64,000 nt of DNA, from positions 163,246,001 through 163,310,000 of the forward strand of contig JBITNC010000001.1 of NCBI GenBank assembly GCA_050084985.1, read 5' to 3'. The stretch comes from Nageia nagi (taxonomy: Eukaryota > Plantae > Pinophyta). The position numbers and the translations under genes were made by a program. Under the pieces are notes generated by a model. The model searched no databases and had not been told where the DNA came from. It saw only the letters and a list, made by a program, of their open reading frames with translations. How positions within the stretch are numbered: the stretch's first letter is position 1; each line of letters starts with the position of its first letter. Below, in pieces: positions 27,689-40,330 of this stretch.

Positions 27689-27823
27689 GTTTCTAACCTA
27701 CTAATGCAAAAAGGAAAGAAAAAGTAGAAGGGCAAATTGAAAGTGGGTAATATTTTTTTTGTTTTTTTTTAAACATAAAATTATTCAAGAAATGAAATGA
27801 AATATTATTAATGCCCTGGGGGG

Positions 27824-28606
27824 TGTCAAAAATGATCCATGGGACTGTGAAAAAGATGTTGCAAGGACAACATGTGAGATGGTATAAGCACCTAGTAGAA
27901 AAAAAAGACATAAAGGTGATTACAATGTCATGACCCAAGGAGTGGGCCCAAATTTGTAAAGGTGGTGGAAGTACTAAGGAGAGAGTGGGCTGCAATCCAT
28001 AACTGACTAAGCTGTGAGTGATGCTCTTAGGAAGGTGGAGAGTAAGAGAGGGGGGGCAGCCTTGGGGACACTCATCCCCCACCCTATGTATTGTAGTCTC
28101 TCCTATTAATCGAGGTCAAAGAACCCCTGCTAAGAAAGTTAGTGATATGTCTCTATCCATCACGCCTTTAGATCCCTGATGACATGTGTGGTTACATTGT
28201 CTAGTGACCTTGCCTCCATCTGTGCAGTTGGATGAATGATGTCTCTGTTCAATACTTGCTTTCTGCTCATGTGTATTGGTGAAGTATTCTGGATGGGTTG
28301 GGAGTGGGAAGATTGGGAGCCACTATGGGGAGAACTCTTACATTGATAAAGCTGAACCGACTCCCTGACATATATTGCAAGATATCGCTGATCCGTGTAT
28401 CTGAAGAAGATGGGTAGAGATTGCATAGAGACTAGGAACTCAATTGTGAAGAGGATTATAGCATAAAAGTTAAAGACAATTAGCAAAAATAATATTAGAA
28501 TGCAATAAACAAAAGATTGCAGAAAAGTAAAATGGAACATTATAAGAAATAGAAAATGACAATAACAAGAATAGGCACTTCACTTGTATATCACTAGTGT
28601 CTTTGA
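27824..28606. mobile_element. Possible solo LTR (~780 bp)
   Basis: Starts TGTCAAA and ends TTTGA (terminal CA missing), flanked by ggggg on both sides. Weak support. Confidence 0.35.
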
Positions 28607-29055
28607 GGGGGTATCTTCCCAATATGAGTAAACTCGATACAAATTATATGCTAACTCATGGCTTTTGTTCATAGATTTATATAAGAGAAACATTAATGGT
28701 AGCTTATTCTCTTAGATACCTTTCCTTGCAGATGTCTTATATTCTCTTACAACCTTTATTCTCTTACACTTACATATATCGCATGACATGTCTTCTTTCC
28801 CTTACATTAGTGTTTTAATCCTCTGACTATCTCCTCTTTTGTGGATTATACGTAGGTTTGAATTACAATATTTCAAATAAACCACTAAGCTTCTTAATAT
28901 TGTTCTTCACATCTTGAACTTCACTCTTTCATTGATAGGCTTTTGGCTGGGTATTTCTGAAATTCTTACTTCCTAGTTTATATACATTTTGTATAGATTT
29001 CTAAATGGCATTACTTATATTTTTTTCTCATTTTCACAGTGCTCTTTGTTCACAG

Positions 29056-29258
29056 GATGAAAATGCTCACATCCATTTATCTGATCAGTTCAAAAGGCAC
29101 ACTGTTCATCGAAGATACATTAGCCTTACATGTGGGGTTCCCCTTGTAAGTGATGGCCGTATTGAGATCCCTATTGGTCGTGATTCACATAACAGGGTTC
29201 GGATGGCTCCAGTTCCAAATCCAACTGTTAATCGACGGGCACGTTTTGCTGCTAGTAG
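29056..29258 (+). CDS. Internal exon of an RluA/RluD-family RNA pseudouridine synthase (plant RNA pseudouridine synthase 2-like, cf. At1g76050)
   Basis: Acceptor cacAG at 29054-55 and donor AG|gt at 29259. Translates DENAHIHLSDQFKRHTVHRRYISLTCGVPLVSDGRIEIPIGRDSHNRVRMAPVPNPTVNRRARFAAS(R), which matches my recollection of the plant protein (DEHSHAHLAEQFK..YVSLT.GVP..GRIEIPIGRD..NRIRMA..ARHAASR). No stops; ends in phase 2. Confidence 0.92.
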
Positions 29259-32200
29259 GTGATTCCTATCATTTGTGTCTCAGGAGAATTGTTGTGTACT
29301 AAGTTTAAGCCTGATTCTAACAGTAGCATTACTCATTCATGATATGGGACCCCCAAGAGAGTATTTCTTTGATATGCCAAGTTCTTGCACTCTCCTTCTC
29401 GTCTCAAATATTCTTCTATATGCATCCATACTTTCATCTTATAAAATAGAAGAATATGTAATAAATTAATAATACATCTCCTTGATTTTTCAGTAATTAT
29501 TATCACTTCTGTTATCAGTAGTTATCCTAATGTATAAAATATTATAGGAAACATACACAGCTTAACAAATATATTTTGAATTTGTCAAAAAGATTCTCGC
29601 ACCATTGGGCTATAAACTTTCATGGTCACAATGTTGCGTTTCTAGAGTTTCTGAAATTCAAAGATGGAGGAGACAAGGGAGATATGGGACATGTTTCAAG
29701 GAATCTAAGGAATAAATGTAATGTGGAAGAAACATATTTATCATGGTTAGAACTTAGGATTACCAAAGTCTCAAATAGGCTTCCACTTTTACAGTACTTT
29801 TATGATCCCAATGCTTTACAAGCATGGGCACAAGTGTATCCTTTCATATTGATAATTTATATATTTTCAATAACATGTAAACTCGTACACAAATTCAAGT
29901 GTTATTTTTTATTAAAAAACTGAGGGTTTGTTGTTGTTACATATTTGTTTTCTTTATTATTTTTAAAAAATGCTACATGCAGTGCTGAATAAGTATCTTC
30001 CGCTTCCTTTTTTTTCCATTAAACATTTTAAATACATTTAATTTCTGCCTCTTCCCTCCTGACATAGGAGAGATCTTGGCCTCAGGATCGGTAGAGGTCT
30101 TGGCTCTAAATTCTTGTGTGTGCTCATCAGGAATGGCTTGTACATTTTCTCAAGGGTGTTGTTGTTGTAGGGTCAAGAATGAATGGTGTTAGAAGGTGAG
30201 GGTTAGGGGATGGCCCTTCACCATGAGGGGAGTCTCATCATTTATCTTTGTTTTTTTACCATGCTAGTATCACTTGGTTTTGATGTGCATGTTAGTCACA
30301 TTCAGTTAGTTCAGTCATTGTATTACATCTGGTATCAAAAGGTTTATCTTTCAATTTTCTTTGCCTTTAGGATAGCAGGTGTTGTAGTGATTCTATCACT
30401 ACCTTGTCATATTCTTGATAGGTTTTCTCTTTGTTAGATTTTTCATAATTTTTGATGGTTCAAATCTGTTATGCATGGTCGTTCTCCTTTTTGTGATGTC
30501 GCTGACAGCCGACCTAAACACATTAACTACTGAAAAGCCATCTAATTTGTTAAAAGTGGTTAAAGCGCTCAAGGCCCAAAGGTTGCATATACTAGCATCA
30601 ATTTAGGATGTGTGGCATGCTTATTAAACAGGCTGAATATTAAGGTGGGTTGATAGCACCATATATGACAAAATGATTGTGGTCAACAGCAAATAAATAC
30701 CCAAGCACTTGAACATTCTAACAATCCCAAGGGTTGCATTAATTCACCGTGTTGGCATCATCATGCATGCACGACAAGCTTAAAAGGTTAATCTCAAGTT
30801 TGGAAGGGACAAAGGCCCATGCAAGTTATGAATATCCACCCTCCATCGATGGTTAAGCAATAAATGTCTTAAAGGCCTCTTTCAGCCTTCCAAACAATAA
30901 AAGCCCAAGTGGGTAGTATGTTGGTTGGGAGGGTCCATGTGTCACCCAACAACCTTTTAATGAGGGTTGAAATATTATGGGCCCTTGTCCCCACAACATC
31001 CCTTGACTCTCTCTGCCTTCAATTCATGACCATGAGTGACATTGATGCCTCAACCGTAGATGTTGTTGTCATGTATCCTACATGTGGCACATTCGTGAAT
31101 TGATTGGAGAAATAAAAAAAGGCATAGCCAATTTGGTCAAGGTTGTAGGTAAATAAAAGTCAATGTCAATCCAATATATTCATATTTTATACGAATCCAT
31201 CAATGCCTGAGGAGTTATATTGCAAATATTCTTTTTTTGTTAAAGAGAAAAAAAGTTAGGTTTTAAAATAGGGCCCCAAAACCTGTTAACAAAAATTTGG
31301 TACATCAAAACTGCAGCATCAGTGAAGCAAAGTTGCTACAACTATTCATCCAGTCCTACTATGAAATTACTAAAGGAAAAACTGCAGCATTAACAAAGCC
31401 TAGTAGCTGTCTAAATTCATCTATACATATCCATACTACCTTTTTGCAAAGCAACTACAAATCCTGCAGTCTTCATTTCCCAACTTTTGGAGTAATTTTA
31501 GCCAACTCTGTTTTAGAGTGCTTTGAGTTCTGTTGGCGATGTCCTTTGCCGGCTTCCTGGTTCTGACAGCTACTATAGATGGTCTACCTTTGGGATCCTT
31601 TCCCAAATCATAAGCTTCTTCTGATTTCTGGTGTATCTAAGTTCTGGGATTTCCTTCTTATCTTGTATTTGCTTTATAACTGCCTTAAATTGCAAATTTT
31701 TAAAATTCTAAAATAGAACTCATTTAAAGGTTCCCATTTATGTGTAATTATTTTTATTCTCAAGCAATAATAGTATTTTTTCAGAATTATGCATCCATGG
31801 TTTGATCTCTTTTTTGTGGACAATTGTGTGAATGCATCCATGGCTAGTATGATTGAATATTGTGGATTATGGCCCTCTGTTGGGTTTCTCACCTTTTTTG
31901 CCTTTTTGAGTTCTGTGTCAATGAGGTTGTTGATTCTAGTTGAGAAATTCTGCTTGGAGAATGGCAAGTACTGCATGGGTTGTGGATCAAACCCCAAAAA
32001 ACTGAATATTTGTTTTCTGTCTTGTTACTTTCATCTCTTTTCAGAATTAGTATTTAGGAAAAGGAGCTGGCCTTTTCAAGAGGCTTTATTGGTAAAAACA
32101 GAACATTCTATTCACCTTGATTCTGGGTGCATATAGTCATGCTGATCAACAGGTATCCTTTGGATTCATCTCTTTAACCTTTATGTATGTAGTGTCTTCA

Positions 32201-32733
32201 TTTAACCAAATTTTCCGTCTGTATCCAGCATCTTCTCTAAGCTGCAGTGCATTCTGTATTCCACGTTGTAGCAGTTCCTTCTACTTGTGAATACTTGCAG
32301 TTTCTCATTTATTTGTGATTGAGTCAGCACCCTTCTTGGACCCTAGTAGATGCATGTTGGATGATTACTGAATGCATCCTGGGCCTAATGAGAGTAGTGT
32401 GTGGGGCTTATGACAATCAAGCGTTTGCCACTCCAAATGGGCAGTGTGGTCCTTAAACCATACTCCAGGGCCCTCTCTATGCCATTGGAAATGAAAAGCA
32501 TAATCTTTGTTGGGTTGAGACCGTTAGTACATGTTGCTTGGATGTACCATATGTCTATATGTACATGTTATATTGTATTCTTAGAAAACCATACACAAGA
32601 TATATACATGTTTTTATAAACTCATTTGTGGTTGACTGTTCGTATTGGAATGGCTAATCAGAAGGTTTTTCACATGCTTTTATGTAATATACATATACAA
32701 CCTCTTATTGCTTGTTACATTCATAGATGTGTA

Positions 32734-34068
32734 TGTGATGAGGATTTGTTAACCTACGAATTAGGTATCTAAGTGTTTTTATTATATTTAAGTGTATAAT
32801 ACGATAAATATAAAGAATATATTAACATTGTGAAACAAAGCAAGGATAATTGTTAGTACCCTTCTCTATAGTCATAGGGATGATAGTGTTGCCCTAGTAT
32901 TTGAGGGTTTTATTTTGTTTTAGTTTAAATCTAACAAATAATGATATTCTTGTCATCCTCTCAGTTTAGTTTAGTGGTTAACTTCAATCTTCATGGATTT
33001 ACTTGTTTATGATTAAGTTTAGTCATATTTGGTTATTATAGTGGGTTACATTGGTATATACGGGAGGACATGGACTGCTTCAAGTTCAAGGCACTGGATG
33101 AAACATATAAATGAGCAGAAGCACAATGGTAGTGATAAGAAGGGAGGTAGCCCGAATAGCTATAGGAACCAAAATACCATGAACCGACCCAATAAAGGCA
33201 AAGGTGATAACCAAAAGCAACAAGACAAAGAGGGTCAGCCACAAAATCAAAATTGAAGGCAAAAGAAAAAGTCTCAAACCAAAAAAGCCCCAAAACAGCA
33301 AGATTGGAAAATGGTGTGACTACCACAAGAGTGATCGACATTCCAGGGAAGAATGGGGGAACATTTCAGTCTTTGTTTACTAAGACAAAACCCGCTACAT
33401 CCATCGCTTGCCATCAACACATCCTCAATTGAGGATTAAAGAAAGCAGATTATGGATGCCAAACTTACTGTGACTATTGCTACCACACTCTCTACTACAC
33501 AAATCAAATCAAACAAGCCACATGAAAAGGAACCATTGTTTCACTCACATATATGGGTAAAGGATAAGCCTTTACGTTTCATTATTGGTAGTGGAAGCTA
33601 AAAGAATATGATTTTTGTTGATATTGTTAAAAATCTAAATCTTCCTATGAAATTTCACCCACAACATGTAGTGTTGGATGGTTGAATCAAGGGAGAGACA
33701 TTTGGGTCATTCAACAATGTCTCCTTTCTTATGGCATTAAATTATAACTTTGTATGATGTTGCCCCACTCAATGTTTATGATGCGCTCTTGGGATAACCA
33801 TTCATGTGGAAGATGAGCTATATAGGATACCATAGATAACTCCTTCCACCTCTATTTCCCTTAACAGCACTGAACAATGCAAGAAGTTGATTGGAAAAGC
33901 AAAGCAACTTGTTCTCTTGATGATCAAACTAGAGTAGGCAAATAGTCACTTCATCAATTGAAGCAAATGGACTAAGTTGTAGCAAAAGATAATGGCAATC
34001 TTCAAGTTTGTCATTGGAGTACCACTTCATGGCAAGATAGGACATTTTATTGGCTTGATTTTTGGTTC
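32734..34068 (+). mobile_element. Truncated Gypsy remnant A (short LTR?, PBS, gag knuckle, protease)
   Basis: ttaCA-ttggtat at 33046-57, a CDYHK..H knuckle remnant, LFHSHIWVKDKPLRFIIGSGS*KN (protease region) and GVPLH..HFIGLIFGS, cut at 34068 by the next LTR. The left boundary is tentative. Confidence 0.65.
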
Positions 34069-37000
34069 TGCAATGTACCCTTCTAGGGCTCAAGCTAAAC
34101 ATACACAATTATCTTATTCCAATTCCACATTCATTCATCAACTAGGGCAAAACTGTAAATGCTTATTATTCATTCAATAACGCTTCCAAGACTGAATTAT
34201 CACAACAGTAACCAAATCTGATATATAACAGTAATGATGCTCATATAACATGTGAAATCATCCAAACTAAGGCACAATTGCAGATCCGTTATGCAACAGT
34301 ATTATGCTACCAAAACACTCTAATTCTCATACATTCCCATGCACGAATATTGATAACAGTACAGCAGTAGTAGAAGAGCATTCATCCACATACAATGATC
34401 AATATGAGTGCCAAATATCATATATAATAACAAAAAATAAGTGCAGGTCTGTAACAAGTTTTAGAGCATCGCCCAAGACTCACAATATGCACAATAAAGA
34501 CTCCCAAAGGCTGGCGCAAGTGCTAGAATGGCTTCCAATGATGGCGTAAGCTCTCCAAGTGTAGATAATAGCGAATGTGCCACTTCTAGGCTAGGGAGCA
34601 GCCCTAGACCATAGAAGGAAGAGAGAGGAGCAACCCCAACTCTTAGAGATCAAAGATTAAAATGCCAAATTATGATGATCCTTAAGTGGTGAATCTCTCC
34701 TTTTATAGGTGCCTTTACGTTGAAATTACCAATAATTAAACTCCTGGTTGACATGGAATAAAATAACTTTCCCCTAGCTGACTTTTCCCTGGTCACGATA
34801 TTAAAATCCTGGTTTCCTGGCTGTCCCTATCTCCATTGTTTCTTGATGGAACCATGTCATGTGACGTGTCAAAACGATTGGCAGAAGATTCTTCATCCAT
34901 TCCAAAAGAAAATTGGTGATTCAAGACTTGTGACGAAAGTTATGCCTTCTACAAGGTTTCTGAAAATTGGGGACATTACAAGTTCGCCCTCCTCACATTG
35001 CTTGTCCTCAAGCAATGACAACATACATCTTGAAGTCATCAAGATGATTCCAATTATAATCCCAGGTCCCTAGTCAATCTCCAAAAAAGTTTACCATGCT
35101 GATGTTGATGCTCAAATCTGATGAATAATTTCTCATGTGCTTCCTCCTTCCTAATGCCCATAGTGATCCAAGCAAGCAATGATGTCACAAATGGAGGGCT
35201 AAGGAAAGAACCAAACAAGATCAAGTCTAAACTCTCCATGGCAGTAGTGTTGATTGGTTGCACCAAACCAACCACAAGTGCTATCCAAAGACGCTCAAGT
35301 AATTTTAAGAACTCATGTAACACTTCATTTTTCATTAGATCACAATCCCTGCAAAAACAAATAAACAAGTTAGTAAAGAGAAGTCTCCTTCCCTTGAGGA
35401 GTGGAGTGTGGTTCATTGTGCTCCTCAACTGTTGCACATGTTTATTATCTACTGCTGTTCTCACCAAACAATCCTCCAGTTATTCTAAATCAGTTACTGA
35501 TATCATAGCAACAACCATACAATCCGTCATCATGAACTGCCCAAGTGTCATGTGGAATGCAACTTCAATCTGGCTCAAAATTGCAGCCTCAATTTCCCTG
35601 AAGGATGCTTCCCATGGTGTTTTCTTCAAACAAGATGCATTAAAATCATTGTGGAACTTGCTTCTAGAACAGTCCTGCTCAGTATAGGGCTCAAAGCATC
35701 TATCTTCAAGGCACATGTTTCTCCACTTTTCCTGAAATTTTAATCTGCTCATGGAATCATCAAACAGAAGTTTAAAGAATAAAGTGTCAAGAGGCAATAA
35801 AGAAAGGTATAAGCTGTTTCTCAAACAATCTCCCAAATCTGACAGAACAAACTGTTTCCTGAGCATGCTGAATTGGGAAACTTAATTCTTTTCCTTTCAC
35901 ATCTCTGCTAGATAGCGCCGTCCTTAGTGTTATTTGTACTGTCACCTATGATGGGGAAACAAAGACTATGACTTTCACCCTTTCTTGTAATGCTGAGAAC
36001 ATCTGTTTGCTTGGCAAAATTTGTTTTCAACAAGCCAAATCTAAACTGTAATTCCTCAAATATGCAGTCACACGCAACTGAATGCAGAGTCTGACATAGG
36101 CAACTCTTCCAATATGAAGGGTGTAAGCAAAACCGGTCCTGGTGATTTTACTTATGGCTGGGCATATCATCTCTGCAACTTATTAGAATACCGTCCAACA
36201 CCTTTGTGTGTTTCCTTTCTTGGCAGTTCGTGCTTCCCAATTATTGCAGGTTTGTTACAATATTGGGTCAGAAATTGATACGTTGCATTCGTTTTCCTAT
36301 TACTTACATCAACAACAATTGATAACAAACCTTTACAATGTGTGTTCCAAACACCATCCCGTTAGTCATTAAGCCAGGCATTTTGAATGTGATCATCATC
36401 ATCTTGGCAAGCCTTCTTAACACATCCTGAAGTGATACACATAACTAACCAAAGACCTATGCCCAATGTCATGTTATTGGCTGTACAAATCTGAAGTAAG
36501 AATTCTGAGTTCAGTCCTTCCCATTGTTTTGTGATGTAAGTCATGTGTAGATTTATGTTAGGCAAAGGATTATGTAACCCATCATCAACATATGTTGCTA
36601 TCGAAGCATCTAAGCATCTATCCTTTTCAAAATGATTGTGTCCTTCTTGCCATTTGTTTAAGAGTTTCATTTATTGCCTCAAAAAAGAAATTTAATGGAA
36701 GTCCCATACCTTAGCATGTATTGACCAACATCATCAGGTGTAGAAATAAGTGCAGGTGGTGATAAAGTACAGGCCTGCTGTTCCCTCCAATTACTGTTTT
36801 TCCCTGCTTTTTACTGCTGCCAAATTCTATCTTTGGAGGTGTAGATACCATGGGTCATGAGTACATTTGGAGCTGGTCTAATCTTAGCAATAACAACTTC
36901 CTTTCTCAACCTTTGTATCCATCTTGCTAACCACTCATCTATCATATCCCTTGGCTGTAGAATTTTCCTTCCCATCCAGAGTGCTTGACTTCTTAGCAAG

Positions 37001-37565
37001 GAAGTAGTCAATTTTAGTGGAGTCTTCTCAGGTAGGTTTCCAAATCGGACAACACAATTATTAGATCATGCAGCCAAATGTGCCAAATCAGGTCTGTATT
37101 GAAGACTAGAAATGTGATGGTTGTGTGGTTCAAGAGCATCCTTATGTCCTGGAATGTTAACATGCTGTAGGGAAGCCTTATGTTTACCAATTGCTAAGAA
37201 AATCTCTACGTTGTCAGCTTTGATCAGATTTCCAACATTTACCTGGGATGGTGATGGTGTAACGAGGCCTCTTTTCCTAATGGAGTCATGCATCTTTAAA
37301 CAATTGGAAGCAATCTTACTTTGATCAATGGTGCTGATGCTGGACATTATTTTTACAGCGATGAGCATCATTGGGTTGGAAGGACTGGGTTTTGGGAAGG
37401 AACAAATGCATCCACAATTCCTCCTTTGAAACTCAATGTCACAGTCATGCCACAACCATTCAAAACAGCCTGATAAATGCTATTTGCCAAATCATCACAA
37501 AAACATCGAACATACCTCCCAAAATGGCATGATGAATAATCCCAAACCTTTCTTGTCCTGCAGTG
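34069..37565 (-). mobile_element. 3' half of non-autonomous Gypsy derivative B: 3' LTR 34069-34980, PPT and non-pol cargo
   Basis: The LTR is homologous to solo LTR 17440-18408. On the minus strand it is preceded by ttgcttgaggacaagcaatgtgaggagggcgaact (LLEDKQ tail plus PPT), the same signature as 1259-1292 and 44330-44364. The 2.6 kb upstream has no RT, RNase H or integrase motif. Confidence 0.8.
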
Positions 37566-40330
37566 TGTGACATCCCTTTTGTAACATATAAAATACTTGT
37601 AATGGCCAAAAGGTCTATTTTAATAATATTCTATTTGTAGTGTGTCATGTGTAACTTGGGCTAGGAGTTTAATTGGTCATGGATCCCACTGTGAGCCTCT
37701 AGTGGGATGTCTCCCTCCCAAGTATAGAATAGGTTCGATTAAGTGTACTTGGAGATCCCGGACTTGGTTGTGGGAATCCGAAGATCTTGTTACACTTAAA
37801 TGGTCTAGATAGGAGGTTGTATGCTTGTGCTAGCTTTGGGGAATCCCCTAGACCCCACGTTGGCCCATCACACACACCTAGGCTCCTACGCATGGCACCT
37901 ACCCACGTGGGCATGTGTGGCACCCCTTGATCTTGCGTTGGCATTTATGGCACCCAGGACTCCCACTTTGGCATGCCTAACATCTAGGCACCCACGATGG
38001 GCATTCCGGGCCCTCTGGAGACTAACGTTGGGGCCTAAGAGCCTAGTGATGATTCCAAGGTGAGATCCAGGACTTGGCAAGGAGTATAAGAAGACTTGGA
38101 GCCTCATTTGCTAGACAAACTTGATTATTATTACATTTACACTTCTACTTCGTCTGGTGGACAAGACCTTAGCGCAATGCTAAGTGTATTCTTTAGGTGG
38201 AGCACCTAAGAGGGTTGTCAAGCTGAGGGATCTTGGCAATCTACGACATTCGTGGAGCACCTTTGCCCATCTAGTGGTATCTGAGGTGGAGTCTCTACCA
38301 CTCACGTGGTTATCTAGATCTGAGGAGGGCCCCTTCGGTGGGGAGGAGTCAGATTGTGAGGAGGCACTACTGTCCCACGTCCGTCCAACAACATAAGGAG
38401 AGTTCGTCCGGCCCAGTTCAGCTCCCAGGAGGCTGACGTCAGCCCTTTGGGCTTGTTTTTGTATTGACACTCATTGTACATCTGAATATAAGCCGTGGGC
38501 ATTGGATCTCAGCATTTGTGTGTTGTGTTATCCATCTTGTGCATGTGTTGAGCTAGGATTATTGTGAATTGTTGTGATTGGCCATTTCTTGGCATTGTGT
38601 GGTGTATATGTGCTTGGGAGACTCATTGTTGGCATTATTTAGTGGTATGGTGCTTATGGGAGTCTACTAGGGTTTGTGTTGTATATTGTGGATGCCCTAG
38701 TTTGATAATTTGAGATTGAATTTACTGATATTTGCTTGAGATCTGTTTGGATTGTTATAGTGGTATGAGCACTGAAGATCTTGCTGCCTAAGGAGATGGA
38801 AGCTTGATCTACAACAAGGGTAAAGAAATCCGAATATGGCGTGGTGGTCTTCCACCAATTACTACAAAGATTTGAAGAATATAATATCCCTACGGAGGAA
38901 AGGGAGAAGTTGTTGTGGTTCTTAGAGGAACGTCATGAAGAAAAGATGCGTAAGAAGAGAGGACAAACATGGGAGCCCAGATCTATACCTCCACACAAGA
39001 CCCCACCAAAGATTGAAATATTGCTCCAGATCTACTGTGGGACTACCAAGGAATTCAGGAGAGATGCCACTTTCCAGTTGTATCAGGATTTGTTGGGTAC
39101 GGAGTGGTGGCATGGGTGGGATCCAAAGGATCCAACGTCAAGAGGCATGTGTTTAGGGAACATATCTTGTTGACAGCCGATTGTATTACCTATACTAGGA
39201 ACATTATTGAATTCAATCCTGCTGGCTATCTTGATATATATAATGTTATGGAATTTGTTGTTCCCTTCATGGAAAGTGCCCTGAAGATGTCTATGGAGTG
39301 TTTTTCAAAAACAGTTGAAAGAGGGATGAAAGACACCCTATCTGATGGTGCTGCATCTTGTTCATGGGGAAAACGTACTCTTGTGAGTACAAGATCAAAT
39401 TTTGAGATATTATGACATGACTTAGAGGAGGCTGAATCACTGGAAAACCAATGTAAACAAATGAATGCATGTGAAATCATTGAAGTAGTAGACATGGCAC
39501 CATGTGCAAAAATAGTGCTACCAAGTCTACGTTTGGGAACAAATTCTGATGAGTTAAATATAGTATGTCAAAAGGACAGATACAACAAAAAAATCAAGAT
39601 CTATTATGAACTCCCACGAAAGATCAACTTTGAAGAATGTCGAAGAAAATGGGGGAGGGAATAGTTGGCCAGAAAATGCTAGTAAGAAACAAGATCAAAT
39701 CAAAGAATGTTGAAAAGTTACCTGCGAATGGTTGGAATCATGGTTTAGGAAATTCAAGAAAAGAATTAGCATGGAATAGTGATTGGAAACAAATTTCAAA
39801 GATCCAAGAAACTGAAACACTATTGAGCGAACAAGTTAAAAGATTAGATTGGAATCCAATTACAAAGGATGAACATACAGTTACAGTTTATAATACCTAC
39901 ACTAATCAATTTGGTTGGGGTATGGAGGAACATATAACTAAGGAGAACAATACCAAACCTTCTGATTCTAAGTGGGAATGATTCAAAAGTTCCGGTTGGG
40001 AACCTAGCTCCTATAAAGATCAATGAAAAGATCGGGGAAATAGTGTTGGTGTGGACTTTAGTTGGAACAGTGAGCCAAATGTTAGTATTGGAAATATTAT
40101 CCACTCTAATCAATCTGATTGTTAACAAGTTGAAACAAAGGGCTGTTGTGCTTCAAATACTGAATGAAATGCAAATTTGAGAAGCAATTCCCATGGTGTA
40201 GAATCCGGTTGGGGACAAAAGGATGTAAATGAGGATAGAGAGCAACAAGCTGCTTTGGAGAATAAACCCAACCCTACCAAAAACGGTTGGGAGCAGTGGG
40301 AGCAAAATTCAGAGATTAACCCCAACCCTA
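37566..40330 (+). mobile_element. 5' half of Gypsy derivative C: LTR 37566-38759, PBS, deleted gag and non-pol cargo
   Basis: The LTR is homologous to 40454-41652 and 44365-45625. PBS tggtat--gagc at 38761-70, gag remnant (LLQRFEEY..ATFQL..EWWHG), then unrelated sequence. No 3' LTR. Confidence 0.82.

Noticed and set aside
29005-29055. N-terminal MALLIFFSHF.. of ORF 29005-29262 as a start or signal peptide
   Set aside because: It is the intronic polypyrimidine tract ahead of the acceptor; homology begins at 29056.
30075-30240. tRNA- or SINE-like head (tggcctcaggatcggtagag)
   Set aside because: Only an A-box-like string is present, with no B-box, cloverleaf or TSD.
30600-32330. Possible LINE remnants on the minus strand
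   Set aside because: The T-run at ~31230 and general composition are suggestive, but I could not read any RT or endonuclease motif.
34069-34980. Solo LTR with TSD ggttc/agttc
   Set aside because: The agttc flank is part of the PPT/LLEDKQ tail on the minus strand, so this is the 3' LTR of a larger element.
35121-35687. 188-aa plus-strand ORF and other antisense ORFs over TE regions
   Set aside because: These are shadows of opposite-strand frames with no recognisable domain.
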